A stretch of 64,000 bases of DNA from Octopus sinensis (GCF_006345805.1 NC_043012.1:15748001-15812000), one strand, 5' to 3'. Shown: positions 13,142 to 26,290, counted from the stretch's first letter. Program-made: numbers and translations. Notes: generated by a model from the sequence alone, not told the origin.

Positions 13142-14740
13142 TCATCATCATCATTGTTCGACCGTGGTCGAGACAATGGAATTTACTATGTTACGCCAGA
13201 CTTCACGGTCCATCATAGCATTATGGAGGTCCTGTTGCTGGATGCCTGTATCCCTGGAGATTACATCAGGGTAGGAGAGTGTGCGCCCTCTGGTATTGCG
13301 AGTAGATGGCTTCCAGAGGAGAAGAGTAGAAATTACTTCTTTTTCAGCTCTACAACAATGTCCAGCAAACTGGACTCTCCTACCTTTCACAAGAGATGAC
13401 ACAGGTGGTAGTTTCCCATATATTTGCATTTTGGTTGGACGGCGCTTCCACGAGAGATTTTGAGCTCTCATAAGGAGGCGAGTGTAGGTTCCATCCAACC
13501 GCCTCTCAAGCTTCTTTGATAACGTCTAGGTTTCTGAGCCATATAGTAGAATTGGTTCGACTGTGGCTTTGAATATTTCAAGTTTGAAGTCTCTACTTAG
13601 ATTTGATGGCCATATCTTATGCATGTCATTACAGGCTGACCAGGCCATACCCTTTCTAGTTAGAAAGTCTTTTCCAGATGATGATATGTATGACCCAAAA
13701 TATTTATAGTCAGAAACCATATTTAAAGGCGCACTGTTGAGAGTATGGATGATGCAATCACTGTTGGACAGGCACTTGTTTATATATTCAGTCTTGGCCT
13801 CATTGAGGTAAAGACCTACACAATTTGAGGCTTGTTCAAGAGATTGTAAAAGAGACTGGGCATTGGAGAGAGAATCACTGATAAGAGCGATGTCGTCAGC
13901 AAAGTCAGTGTCTGTCAAGTACTCAGCTGGGTGTCTGGAACTTCTTCTTGGTTTTATTTCAAAGCCCTTGCCAGAGATGGTATCAACTGACATACGTGGC
14001 ACATAATCAACAACAATGATGAAAAGAAATGGGGCGAGTGTGTCTCCCTGCAGTATTCCGGCTTTGATTGAGAAAGATGATGTTTCTCCATCAGGGGTTA
14101 AGATGGTTGAAGACGTATCTGTGTAGAGGACCTTGATGGCAGAAATAATTTTGTCTGGTATCCCATAGAGCTTAAGGATTTCAAACATCTTGTACCTATC
14201 TACAGAATCGAACGCTTTAGAAAAGTCTACAAATACCATTGCAAGATCGCGATTAAATGCTTTTGATTCTTCAATAAGTCTGCGCAGGCATAGTATCTGG
14301 CTCAGCGTTGAGCGCCCATGTCTGAATCCATTTTGGTTCTTTCGGAGCAAAGGTTCAACAAAAAGGACAAGACGATTTAGGATCAGTTTGTTGTACAGTT
14401 TTGCAGCAATTGACATTAGAGATATACCCCTGTAGTTGGTGACGAGGGATAAATCGCCTTTTTTGGGTATTGGAATGATTTGAGATTGGTGCCAAATCTT
14501 TGGAGCGACAAAGGTGGAAAGTGTGTGGTTGCAGAGGTTGAGCAAAAGTGTGTGAAATCTATCATCCTTCCAAATTACAGCTGGGATGTTGTCGGGACCA
14601 AATGCTTTCGAGGCTTTTAGTTGCTTGGTGGCTGCTGTTAGTTCAAATATGGTAAAAGGGGAGGTGTTGATGTCCAGCGTGTCTGATATAGGCACACTTG
14701 GAAGAGTGGGGCTATCAGGGATTTTGGCATTCTTCCCAAG
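13142..14740 (-). mobile_element. 5'-truncated RTE-clade non-LTR retrotransposon (LINE)
   Basis: RT ORF, 3' (TGA)n tail at 13142-13154, and a 10-bp TSD GATAATCACA at 13132-13141 and 14741-14750. Confidence 0.95.
13151..14740 (-). pseudogene. RTE reverse transcriptase ORF (~530 codons, 5'-truncated, one in-frame stop)
   Basis: Motifs NYRGISLMSIAAKLYNK, QNGFRHGRST, FVDFSKAFDSV, GILQGDTLAPFLF, DFADDIAL, LLYGSET*TL (W->stop), AGHCCR. The ORF-track N-terminus beyond 14740 is antisense Penelope sequence. Confidence 0.93.
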
Positions 14741-15264
14741 GATAATCACAGGGCCTCCTTTCGACATAGGAACAAAAGTAAAGCTACTGAGTTGGCTAGC
14801 TACATATGGACTTTGAAAGTTAACGAAACACCACATGCGATTAAATGGAAAATAATTGAAAATCCATACCTTGTGTGAATGGATCAAATAAATATCGACC
14901 TTGTTTGGCTGAAAGAGCGGAGATCCTGTTCAGATCTAAGATCCCTAACTCTCTATTGAACTCCAGGTCAGAAATTTTCAGTGGTTTTATTCATATGTAT
15001 AAATATATTCTGAAGAATTGGAAAATTCCGCTTATTCCTCACTGACTTATTATCTTTCTAGCCTTATCATTTAAAGCCTAAGGAGGATAGCACTTTTTGA
15101 CTTTCGATACTTAAGTTTCGTTTTCCGTTTTCCGTTGTTACGTTTTTCGTTGTTTACTCTCTGCGTTTTCTATATACTGACCTCTCAGCTTCATCACGTT
15201 GCTTCTATTTATTCAATATGATATGTGGTTTGTGCCTAAAGAATATGTTTGAGTTCTTTCAACA

Positions 15265-15682
15265 TAGGCGCAGGAGTGGCTGTGTGGTAAGTAGCTTGCT
15301 TACCAGCCACATGGTTCCGGGTTCATTCCCACTGCATGGCACCTTGGGAAAGTGTCTTCTACTATAGCCTCAGGCCGACCAAAGCCTTGTGAGTGGATTT
15401 GGTAGACGGAAACTGAAAGAAGCCCGTCGTATATATGTATATATATATATATGTGTGTGTATATGTTTATGTGTTTGTGTTTGTCACCCCAACATCTCTT
15501 GACAACCGATGCTGGTGTGCTTACGTCCCCGTAACTTAGCAGTTCGGCAAAAGAGACCAATAGAATAAGTACTAGGCTTACAAAGAATAAGTCCCGGGGT
15601 CGATTCGCTCGACTAAAAGCGGTGCCCCAGCATGGCCGCAGTCAAATGACTGAAACAAGTAAAAGAGTAAAAGAGTAAGAGT
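15265..15682 (+). mobile_element. SINE family A, full length, inserted in the PLE pseudo-LTR
   Basis: Same head, body and tail as 9487-9884. The flanks rejoin as PLE sequence when compared with 12060-12130. Confidence 0.92.
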
Positions 15683-16094
15683 ATATGAAACTATTAGTAG
15701 CGCTTTAATACATGTATTGTGACCTTTGAATAATGATATTTATCTTTTTTGTTGAATTTTCCTTCACGGACCAGTTCATTATATCGCTGCTTTATATCGT
15801 TGGCTTTTTACCGCAAATTCATACTGTCATATGATTGGCGTGATTGCTTGTTAAGTTGAGTAACTCTAATGATTCAACCAAGTTTCACATTATAATGGAT
15901 TTATACCACAGGGATTACTCTTCTAAAATTATACCAACAGCATCGAATAAACTATACCTCAGGATATTACTTGAGAAATTTGAAGATCTCGTGAAACGGA
16001 TGAGATGGAAAGCTTCATTTTTTGATGCCAGACTATCTCCTTCATATAGAGAAAGGTATGATTTAAAGATAGGGAACTACCCTCCTATTCATCT

Positions 16095-16171
<77 letters not shown>

Positions 16172-16199
16172 ACTACTACTACTACTACTACTACTAATG

Positions 16200-16240
<41 letters not shown>
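16095..16240. repeat. (TAC)n/(TGC)n/(AAT)n compound microsatellite
   Basis: Direct inspection. Confidence 0.95.
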
Positions 16241-16241
<1 letters not shown>

Positions 16242-16773
16242 TGACCTGATGCAGTACCAGGCAGTGGCTCTCATGGCTGCTGATCTTAACTGATTGGAAG
16301 TGTTATCATGTACATTGTTTTGTCTTGGTATAAAAGATGGGCTTCAGCAAATATTCTGCTCAATACCACAGATTTGCTTGTCAGTTGTTTGACCTTAACC
16401 AGTTGAGCATGTCTCTAGGTGGCTGACGATATGTGCAGCTCTGATTACGACCACAAGTTTTGTGGGGAGCATCATAGCCATGTGTTGAAAGGAATTCTTA
16501 GAGGTTTGGATAATTCACCTTTGGAAATATGGGTGGTTCGTTCAACATCCGTAAACAATCCTTATTCAGGGACCTTTTGAGTGGGATAGGCTACTCGACC
16601 AGAAGAAAATTCTAACTGGGCCCCACCTACAAGGTCATGCACTGTCGCGCATATTTGGTTGTGATGCATGTGCCTGGTGTACCCTTATCAGACGGGTAGT
16701 CATTATGGGTATACTGGGCTTCGTATATTTTTACCCCGGCGTCACTTTGATGGCATGCACTGCTCTCTCACTC
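16241..16773. mobile_element. Family C ~550 bp element flanked on both sides by (AAT)n
   Basis: Starts CCTGATGCAGTACCAGGCAGTGGCTCTCATGGC and ends GCACTGCTCTCTCACTC. Three full copies are present in the window. Confidence 0.85.
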
Positions 16774-16833
<60 letters not shown>

Positions 16834-16862
16834 TATAATAATAATAATAATTCTTTCTTGCT

Positions 16863-17400
16863 ATGCCCTGATGCAATACCAGGCACATGCTCTCATGGCT
16901 TCTGAACGTAACTGATTGGAAGAGTTATCATGTACATGTTTTATCTTCGTGTAAAAGAAGGACTACAGCAAATATTCTGCTCAACACCGCAAATTTGCTT
17001 GTCAGTTGCTTGACCTTAGCTAGTAAGTGCATGTCCCTTAGTGGCTGACCATGTGTGCATATCTGACCACGAGCAGAAGTAGTGGGGGATCATCATAGCC
17101 ACATGTTGAGAGGAATTCTTTGGGGGTTTGAATAATTCACTTCTGGAAACATGACTGTTTTGTTCAACATCCTTAAACAACCTTTATTTAGGGAAGTACT
17201 ACTTAACTTGAAGAAAATTCTAACTGGGCCCCATCAGCAAAGTTATGTGCTGTTTACATTGATATGAGATCACCATGTCACGCACATATGGTTGTGATGC
17301 ATGTGCCTGGTATATCCATATCAGATGGGCAGTCACAATGGGTCAGCTTCGTATAGTTATACCCCAGTGTCACTTTGATGGAATGTGCTACTCTTTCACT
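16863..17400. mobile_element. Family C element, more diverged tandem copy
   Basis: Colinear with 16241-16773 and separated from it by (AAT)n. Confidence 0.8.
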
Positions 17401-17694
17401 TAACAAAAATAATAATTATCTTATATAATAAAACGCAAGGTATCCTGTAAAACAACAGAGTGCGTGGCATGAGAGATGCTAAAGCAGACGATAGCATATA
17501 AAGGATTTGCTCCGAAGACGCTGATAAACTCCGTATTTTTATCGTAAATTGTATTTATTTTATCAGTTTCTCTCTCTCTCTCTCACGCGCGAACGCAAAC
17601 AAACATACACATACATAAACAATTCATTATTAAACACGTTTGTTTTCAAATCATTATCTCCACATAATGCATATATATAAATGTTATATGAACG

Positions 17695-17750
<56 letters not shown>

Positions 17751-17879
17751 TATGTATGTGTGTGTGTGCATAGTTTCATTTTTCCCTTTGGTTTTAGTCC
17801 TGTTCTTTGCTTGTTTTTTCTATTAAAACTCTTTATTTCCTTTTCCAGGTGATGGATAACACATTTTACTGATATCATC

Positions 17880-18290
17880 GACCTAAAAAATGTAAATATA
17901 CTATGGAAAGCTTTAGACTTATCTAAATTGATCAGGGTGCCACCCGTGCCGGTTTTTTTACTCACTTTTTCATTGATGTACCGCATGAGGTGAAGATTGT
18001 CGTGGGTGGATCTTTTCGGGATGGCACGTGCCTGTGTCTCCCTTCTCAGATCCCCGATAACAAGCGCCAACCTCATGGCTAACTTCTTGGCCAAAGCAAT
18101 AACAATAATAACAGTAATAAGACAAATAAAAAAAAAAGACCGAGACAAATGTCAAATACACGAAGAAAACAATGAAGGAGCCAAATTCAAAAAAGATCCT
18201 AAAACAAGGGATCATCTCTAAATCACAAAGAATTGGTCGCAATGAAAAAGTCACAACGATTCAACAAATAGTTCAACTTGTGAACTGAGT
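17880..18290 (-). pseudogene. L1/Tx1-like reverse transcriptase fragment
   Basis: RLALVIGDLRRETQARAIPKRSTHDNLHLMRYINEKV...GGTLINLDKSKAFH resembles the L1/Tx1 RT motif QxxxIPGRsIxDN...LDxxKAFD. Confidence 0.7.
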
Positions 18291-18395
18291 AAAAATAAAA
18301 TGGAGATTGATGCAGAGCCATTTCAAAAGAAATAGAAGAATTTTGTGGGGGGGATCATGGACGGTGAAGAGATAGCTACTAGCGAGAAAGTTTTT

Positions 18396-18550
18396 TATGT
18401 ATGTATGTATGTATGTATGTATGTATGTATGTATGTATGTATGTATGTATGTGTGTGTATCTGTCTCTCTGTCTCTCTCTCTCTGTCTCTCTCTCTGTCT
18501 CTCTCTCTCTGTCTCTCTCTCTTTCTCTCTTTCTCTCTCTCTCTCTCTCA

Positions 18551-18589
<39 letters not shown>

Positions 18590-18590
18590 C
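18396..18590. repeat. (TATG)n/(CT)n/(TA)n compound microsatellite
   Basis: Direct inspection. Confidence 0.95.
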
Positions 18591-18746
18591 AGAAGGGAAA
18601 TATCTGGGCAATTATGCGAGACCATATTATGCTAAGAAGCAATTCCGATGCAAAGAGTAAATAAATAAATAATTAAATAAAAATGAATAATTGGAAAGGT
18701 AGATAATGAAATAGATAAAAATATCATGCGTAAAAAAGTGACTAAT

Positions 18747-18821
18747 GGTGACCGGTAATTTCTGCCGCAGTAAAATTCCACCACGGAATATTCCACTATG
18801 GTAAATTTCACCATAGGTGAA

Positions 18822-18890
<69 letters not shown>

Positions 18891-18895
18891 GTTGC

Positions 18896-18933
<38 letters not shown>

Positions 18934-19853
18934 TGTTGTTGTTATTACTATTACTATTACTATTATTATCATTATCATCATCATCATCATTATTATTATT
19001 AATATTATTATATGGGTTACGATATTATAGAAATCGTCGGCGAAGAGAAACCCCACATTTTCCTAGACAACTCTAGAATGTACGTGATCGCGTCTTAAAG
19101 GACTTGCCAAGATCAAATAATTCGTTAGAAGGGATCCACAATGCTTTGCCCTCATCCCTAACATCCACACATATAAATTTGTGTAAATTATGCACTGGCC
19201 TCAAAGCTGAGAAAGGATTAAGCCAGACAAAAATTGCGCACATTCGACGTGGAGTATAACCCCCCCCACCACCAAAAAAAAAAGACCTATCAAATTATTG
19301 ACGCATGGCTGAAGAGGCTCAGGAATATCGAAATGAAAACCCACTACAATTTTTAAGACGTATTGCACACAGTTTGTCTTAGGAAATCTTTAAGTAATTA
19401 AAAAAAAATTAATTAAACTTTCTCATCCTAACTCTGCTTCACATTGTACATTCTGTTATTTTATATCCTATTGTTATAATAAAATTTGAGCTAAATTTTA
19501 ATCTTTTCTTTCTTTATCCCCAATTATATTATTTTTGAAATTTTGTGATGAGTCTTTTTCATAGATTCTTACACGATGGGAGAACATTAAAGTGATCCCA
19601 TCTCAATTCAAGTAGATTATAAAGATTATTTTCTATCTCACCTTCAGACTCTCTGTCTGTCTGTTTGCCTCTCTCTCCTTAAGACTTGTGAGGTAGACAT
19701 TAAATAACATAGCTATTGACCCACGGTCTAGAGAAACTGACCACAGTAATTATTAAAGGGAGCAGCTTATATTGGAAGTCTGTCCATGGTTGGAATTTAC
19801 CACGGTGGAATATACCGTGGTGGAATTTACTGCGGCGGAATTTATCTAGAACC
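18747..19853 (+). mobile_element. Internally deleted Mutator-like (MULE) DNA transposon
   Basis: ~65 bp imperfect TIRs (18747-18815 / 19787-19853) built of GGAATTTAC-like repeats. Transposase remnant RRETPHFPRQL*NVRDRVLKDLPRSNNSLEGIHNA (19005-19250) matches the MULE PRTNNxxEGWH motif. Confidence 0.75.
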
Positions 19854-19854
19854 A

Positions 19855-19933
<79 letters not shown>

Positions 19934-20005
19934 CATACACACATAAACGTTTACGTTTATCAATTACTCGGTACCTTTTCTGTTAGGCGATTTTAATCAG
20001 TAAAA

Positions 20006-20330
20006 TACAAGGGTCGGCGAACCGGGGTAAATTACTTCAAGTGAAATAAAAATGAAATTCTAGCGAGTTATGAAAATTCATTACACATAAGTAGAATTAT
20101 ATAAAAGACGTGTTCCTTGTTACGATAGAAATTTTTCTTCTAGCAACAACTGCATCTGTCCAATATAATGGATGTGTAAATTGATTTATATAGATAGATT
20201 GAATGAAATAGATTCAATAAAACTTTTGAATTCAAAGAATCTATGATTTCCTTCTTTTCAAATCAAAGGGTAAGGTCGGCGTAAATAAATATATTTTGGG
20301 GAAATTGGTTAAAAAAAGTTTCCACCCCTG
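20006..20330. mobile_element. Possible hAT-like MITE
   Basis: Ends CAAGGGTCGGCGAACC ... TTTCCACCCCTG resemble CAGGGGT-type hAT termini. No TSD confirmed. Confidence 0.3.
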
Positions 20331-20472
20331 ATATAATAAATTGGGTTGATCCTGGTTACAAATGCAATTGAGTAAAAATCAACTCTCTCTCTCGATTTTG
20401 AAGATGTACTATGCAGATGATAAACAAACGGAATCGCTTACGCAGATCAGTGAACGGGATCGATCTGTAATT

Positions 20473-20527
<55 letters not shown>

Positions 20528-20714
20528 GTGTATTATGTGTACGTATGCATATTAGATTGTGGTGAGTTTCAGGTACATTCCGACAGAGTTACTCTATGCT
20601 ATTAATGCTTGGAAAGCCGTGCTCGCTCTAACCACCGTCCAACGACCGAATCTTGTAAAAGTAACATAAGAACGAATTTGTCTGTATATAAATATATACT
20701 TTCCCCTTTTGAAT

Positions 20715-21287
20715 GTTATTGTTCGTGGTTTGAGTTCATATGTGCCGGAGGTCGCTTTTGCTTTTTATCCTTCCACGAGTATTAAATAAATACCTATTTC
20801 TTTACTACCCACAAGGGGCTAAACACAGAGAGGACAAACAAGGGCAGACAAACGGATTAAGTCGATTATATCGATCCCAGTGCGTAACTGGTACTTATTT
20901 AATCGACCCCGAAAGGATGAAAGACAAAGTCGACCTCGGCGGAATTTGAACTCAGAACGTAACGGCAGACGAAATACTATTTCTTTTCTACCCACAAGGG
21001 GCTAAACACAGAGGGGATAAACAAGGACAGACAAACGGATTAAGTCGATTATAGCGACCCCAGTGCGTAACTCGTACTTATTTAATCGACCCCGAAAGGA
21101 TGAAAGGCAAAGTCGGCGGAATTTGAACTCAGAACGTAACGGCAGACGAAATATGACTACGCATTTCGCCCGGCGTGCTAACGTTTCTGCCAGCTCGCCG
21201 CCTTTAGAAAATAAATACCAGTTGAGCCCTAGTCGACTTACTCGTCCCCTGAAATCTCTGGCCTTGTACCAAAATTTGAAACCAATA
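20715..21287. mobile_element. SINE B2 (+) interrupted by an antisense B1 dimer (20795-21202)
   Basis: B2 halves lie on both sides, with AAATAAATACC duplicated at 20784-20794 and 21209-21219. The insert is one headed B1 plus one headless B1 unit. Confidence 0.85.
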
Positions 21288-21796
21288 CTGCTGTTCGTAG
21301 GACGTAGTATATAACTGGTATCTACAAACACTGATATAGATAACATATTTAAAACGGAATATAAAAAATATTAAATTGTTTATACATGGGTGGATTTACA
21401 TACATTTATAGCTTCTAGAAATTTAAATATTTGCGTGACTATTAATTTTTCTGTCCATCTAGTTAAATAATTTTGTCTAGTTCGCACATATTTCTACTAA
21501 AATATACACACATGTACCAATCTACACGGACATAATTTGAAAATTATGAAGCAGTAACTTACCTAAGGAAAACAGAAAAATATATTTTGTAATCATTTTT
21601 CTCTCTTGTTTCTTTCTGGTATCCTGTAACACCTGATTTGATGGCAAAAAATGCAAAAATTATCTGTGACGTTCACAAAAATTCAATGGTAAATCATTGG
21701 TGGCCATACAGAAATGAACAATTCTTTAAATTTGACGAGAAATCTACAAGTGGTCGGTGATTAAGTTACAGCGGAATCACTTGTCTCCAAGTAGGG

Positions 21797-22045
21797 GCAT
21801 GTATGTATGTATGTATGTATGTATGTATGTATGTATGTATGTATGTATGCAAGTGTGTGTGTATGTGTGTGGGTGTGTATGTGTGTATGTATGTATGTAT
21901 GTATGTATGTATGTATGTATGTATGTATGTATGTATGTATGTATGTGTGTATGTATGTATGTATGTATGTATGTATGTATGTATGTATGTATGTATGTAT
22001 GTATGCAAGTGTGTGTGTATGTGTGTGGGTGAGTATGTGTGTATA
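21797..22045. repeat. (GTAT)n compound microsatellite with a duplicated GCAAGTGTGTGTGTATGTGTGTGGGTG block
   Basis: Direct inspection. Confidence 0.9.
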
Positions 22046-22519
22046 AGTCGTTGTACGAATGTATGTAATGGTCACTTATGAGTTTACATCTATTAGAAGC
22101 AGTTTTTTCCTGAAAGCGGATGTATTAGCGAATATATATATATATATGTGAGTGTGTTGTGTGTTTGGACGTATGTATATAATATGTATTGGAGTAGTCA
22201 CTTTTAAATATCTTTGCCAGCCCGAATGTCTTCGTTTGCTTAAGTACGTCTGAATTTACATGTAGGATTGTGTATATGTGTGTGTATGAATGAAGGATCC
22301 ACTTGGTATGAATCCTGTGAGAATGTAAGAGAATGCTAGTATGCGTTATGAATATCATATGTGTCATCCTTGTTTTTTTTTCATACGCCCTCTTCAATTG
22401 TTTCAGCCGTTCATTTGAGACAGATATAAGATGGAACTTATCAGATAAAAAGAGTAATAAGCTCACCACAGAAATACACGTACATACATATGTACTGAAG
22501 AGCATATACTCACACAATT

Positions 22520-22950
22520 GATATTGGTTTCAAATTTTGGCACAACACCAGCAATTTCTGGGGAAGGTGTAAGTTGATTACATCGACACCAGTACTCAAC
22601 TGGTACTTATTTTATCGACGGTGGCGAGCTGGCAGAAACGTTAGCACGCCGGGCAAAATTCTTAGCCGTATTTCGTCTGCCGTTACGTTCTGAGTTCAAA
22701 TTCCGCCGAGGTCGACTTTGCTTTTCATCCTTTCGGGGTCGATAAATTAAGTACCAGTTATGTACTGGGGTCAATGTAATCGACTTAATCCGTTTGTCTG
22801 TCCTTGTTTGTCCCCTCTGTGTTTAGCCCCTTGTGGGTAGTAAAGAAATAGGTACTTATTTTATCGACCCCGAAAGGATGAACAGTAAAGTCGTCTTCGG
22901 AGGAATTTGAATTCGAACGTTAAAACGGACGAAATGCCGCTGAGCATTTT
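22520..22950. mobile_element. SINE B2 (-) interrupted by SINE B1 (+, 22620-22850)
   Basis: 18-bp TSD GGTACTTATTTTATCGAC at 22602-22619 and 22851-22868. Confidence 0.92.
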
Positions 22951-23546
22951 CTCTTTTTGTCCAGAGTGCTAATTAATGATTCACCCAGATCTCTGCCTTA
23001 CATACATTCAATATAAATATATTTAATAGGCGTACAGGTACACATAAAATAAGAATTCATATGCACACGAAAGAGACTGATAGAATAAAAACTAAGCTTC
23101 AAAAAATAAGTCCTGAGGTCGATTTGTTCGACTAAATCCTTCAACGTAGTGCTCCAACATGACCGCAGTAAAAAAATGACTGAAACAAGTAAAATAATAA
23201 AAGAATGAAATATATGTATGTGTTCGTGTGTGTGTGTATATCAAGTCATAAATGCCAACGCACGAAACTCACGGCCCTTGAGTCACTCAGGACTTTTTGC
23301 GGATTACTATTAATAAAACATATATATATACTTGTTTTGAGCTCTATTTCAAATTTCCATCGCTAGACACACACACACGCGTGTGTGTGTGTATGTATAT
23401 ATATATATGCATATATGTACGTCTGTGTATATATAATACATATGTACATATATATATATATATATGTATATGTATATATATATATACATCTGACTGACAC
23501 CATTACCTCTCATAACCTCTCTCTCTATATATATGTATATATGTAC

Positions 23547-23611
<65 letters not shown>

Positions 23612-24217
23612 ATAAAGATTAGGTTACAAAGCGATAGACCCACGTACAGACACACACTCATACACGTACAAGCTAGTATACGCCCACCAATACACACACA
23701 CACATATGTATAACCCATAACTTCAGGAAGTTTTTTCTTCCGTAGATGTGCAGGAGGATGGGCGACCCGTGAATAAAGTGGTGTTTTTATTTTCTGAAAA
23801 CCCAAATGACCAGGAAATATGAGAAGAAACCCGAGGAGAACATATAGTCACTACACCCATCAACACATGGACATCGTCAAGAGATCTAAGTAATTATTAC
23901 TGTTAGGGTTAAAAAAGTTACCGTAGTACATCTGTGCACTTCATGAACAAGTGTTCCATTGAGGAGTTTTGTCAAACAAACGTCTGATTTCTAATACAGT
24001 CTCGTTATGCAATGAAATTCCCTGTGGATGCACCTCGCCTCATACTTCTTTCTACACAGACAAATGTGCTAAAATAGAAATACAAATGAAATACTCGGAC
24101 CTGAACACTCTCATTGGAACCCTTGTGCATTCATATCCTTACGATCATCGATCCATATATGTGTGTGTGTGTGTGTGTGTATGCATATGTATGTATGTAT
24201 TTAAATGTATATGCATT

Positions 24218-24291
<74 letters not shown>

Positions 24292-24337
24292 CATCCATCC
24301 ATCCATCCATCCATCTATCCATCCATCTATCTATTTG

Positions 24338-24399
<62 letters not shown>

Positions 24400-24485
24400 C
24401 ATCCATCCACCCACCCACCCACCCATCCATCCATCCATCCATCCATCATCCATCCATCTATCTATTCGTCTGTCTATTTATCTAT

Positions 24486-24553
<68 letters not shown>

Positions 24554-24571
24554 ATCTATCTATCTATCTAC

Positions 24572-24603
<32 letters not shown>

Positions 24604-24604
24604 A
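24218..24604. repeat. Long (ATCT)n/(ATCC)n microsatellite
   Basis: Direct inspection. It produces the IYLS/IHPS pseudo-ORFs. Confidence 0.95.
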
Positions 24605-24606
24605 TA

Positions 24607-25794
24607 CGAGGTGGTATCAAAAATGTTACCGGACTAGTTCTATAGCGCGCCAACACGTGGCAGTACACGGTTGCAAGCATAGTGATTTCCGGTAGTGACC
24701 TTCCTGACAGGCAGTGTGCCGAGTGACATCGCTGTGTTTACTTCACAAGTTGTGAAATTCGTGTTTTTGTGATCACGTGTATGCTGTAGTCAGCAATTTT
24801 GTCATGGACAAGAAGTTGGAACAAAGAGCCAACGTGGAATTTTGTGTCACACCTGGGAAGTCTGCTACAGAGACATTTAGCACGTTGTGGAAAAGTTTCG
24901 GCGGTGAGGCAATGGCTCGTGCGAAAATGTTTCGAGTGGCACGGGCGCTTGAAAAACAGAAGAACATCCCTGGAAGACGACGAGCGGTCTGGAAACCTGT
25001 CAGGAAGGTCACTACCGGAAATGTAGTTACTAACCACAAAGAGCTAAACATAGAGGGGACAAACAAGGACAGACAAAGGGATTAAGTCGATTACGTCGAC
25101 TCCAGTGCGCAACTGGTACTTAATTTATCGACCCCGAAAGGATGAAAAGCAAAGTCGACCTCGGCGGAATTTGAACTCAGAACGTAACGGCAGACGAAAT
25201 ACCGCTAAGCATTTCGCCCGGCGTGCTAACGATTCTGCCAGCTCGCCACCTTTTAGAGTATTAGAAAGAAAGAACGCAAAGACAGATGAAATACAGCTAA
25301 GCATTTCGTCCGTCGTGCGAAATACCGCTAGCATTCCGTCACCAGTGCCAGACCGTCAATCGAAAGTTCTACTGTGACGTTTCGAAGCGTTTGAGGCGAA
25401 AGCGACCGAATCTGTGGAATGCGTGGAATTGGATTGTTCACCACGACAATGCACCTTGTCACCGAGCTTTCCTCCTTCGTGAGTTTCTCGCCAAAACAAC
25501 ATGGTTTCGCTCCCGCATCCGCCCTATTCGCCAGATTTAGTACCTGTGGACTTTCATCTCTTTCTGAAAATGCAGCTCAAAGTTCGTCATTTTAACATCG
25601 TTGTTGAGATCAAGAGCGAATTGCAGAAGGTGCTGGACTAGCTTATGGAAAACGACTTCGAGGCCTGATTCCAAAAGTAGCAGGAACGCTGGGACCGGTG
25701 TATTGCTGTGCATGGTAACTATTTCGAAAGAGATGAAGTTAAGACTTAGGTAAATAAGTTATAACCAGTCCAGGTACCTTTTGATACTACCTCG
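24607..25794 (+). mobile_element. Decayed mariner transposon, internally deleted, with a SINE B1 insertion
   Basis: TA-flanked TIRs CGAGGTGGTATCAAAA / CGAGGTAGTATCAAAA. Transposase remnants MDKKLEQRANVEFC, SLEDDERSG, HHDNAPCH, PHPPYSPDLVPVDFHLF. Confidence 0.9.
25030..25249 (-). mobile_element. SINE family B1 nested in the mariner
   Basis: Head, core and most of the tail match B1. Confidence 0.88.
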
Positions 25795-26290
25795 TATATA
25801 TGTATATGTATGTATACGAGTGAATAGACAAAGGAAAGATAAAGGCACTCAAGACATTTAGCAGGAGTTATATTATTATTTAAACCCTCCTGATTCGGTT
25901 GCATGCGTCTTAAAGTTTCGCAAGCTTTTAACAGAAAGAAACTTGGTTCGTTCAAGCTCAGATTATCAAATGGAGAAATTCAGGAAATCCAATGGCTACT
26001 AGAGAATTGGCATCTTCTTGTATATATAGTCTTGCGAACTAAGAATGTATCTCTTCCAAGTTATCTGGTGTCGCTGGAATGCCAATTTCACTACTAACAA
26101 TACAATGTGACTCACCTTCACCAATAACATCCTATTTTCCAGTGGCCATTTTGGACGTCCTCTATTCCTCCTTTCGGTAATCTGAGTCTGAGCAAGCCAT
26201 GTTTCTGTTTGAAACCTATGAAGCTTTAACTGGCATGGAACCGAATCAAACTGTTTTAACTATGTGTGTGTGTACATACACACATATACA

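Larger units (their letters stand above)
13020..16095 (+). mobile_element. Penelope-like element (GIY-YIG 3' end, pseudo-LTR, then N-terminal ORF fragment of a tandem copy), interrupted by an RTE LINE and a SINE
   Basis: KTYTGLCEGEFSNRYDNH joins across the RTE insertion to RASFRHRNKSKATELASYIWTLK. Downstream, MDLYHRDYSSKIIPTASNKLYLRILLEKFEDLVKRMRWKASFF (15895-16090) matches the IKRMRWKAxFF motif I recall from PLE N-termini. Confidence 0.85.

Noticed and set aside
14741-14887. N-terminal 49 aa of the 453-aa ORF as part of the RT protein
   Set aside because: It lies beyond the RTE TSD and is antisense read-through of the Penelope GIY-YIG region.
23969-24695. Long ORFs of 146-222 aa (IYLS/IHPS repeats) and similar Y/I/C/V/H/T-rich ORFs throughout
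   Set aside because: They are translations of (ATCT)n, (TA)n, (CA)n, (TATG)n and (AAT)n microsatellites.
25878-26260. piggyBac-like MITE with TTAA ends
   Set aside because: Only a roughly 70% inverted match and unclear termini; not enough support to call.
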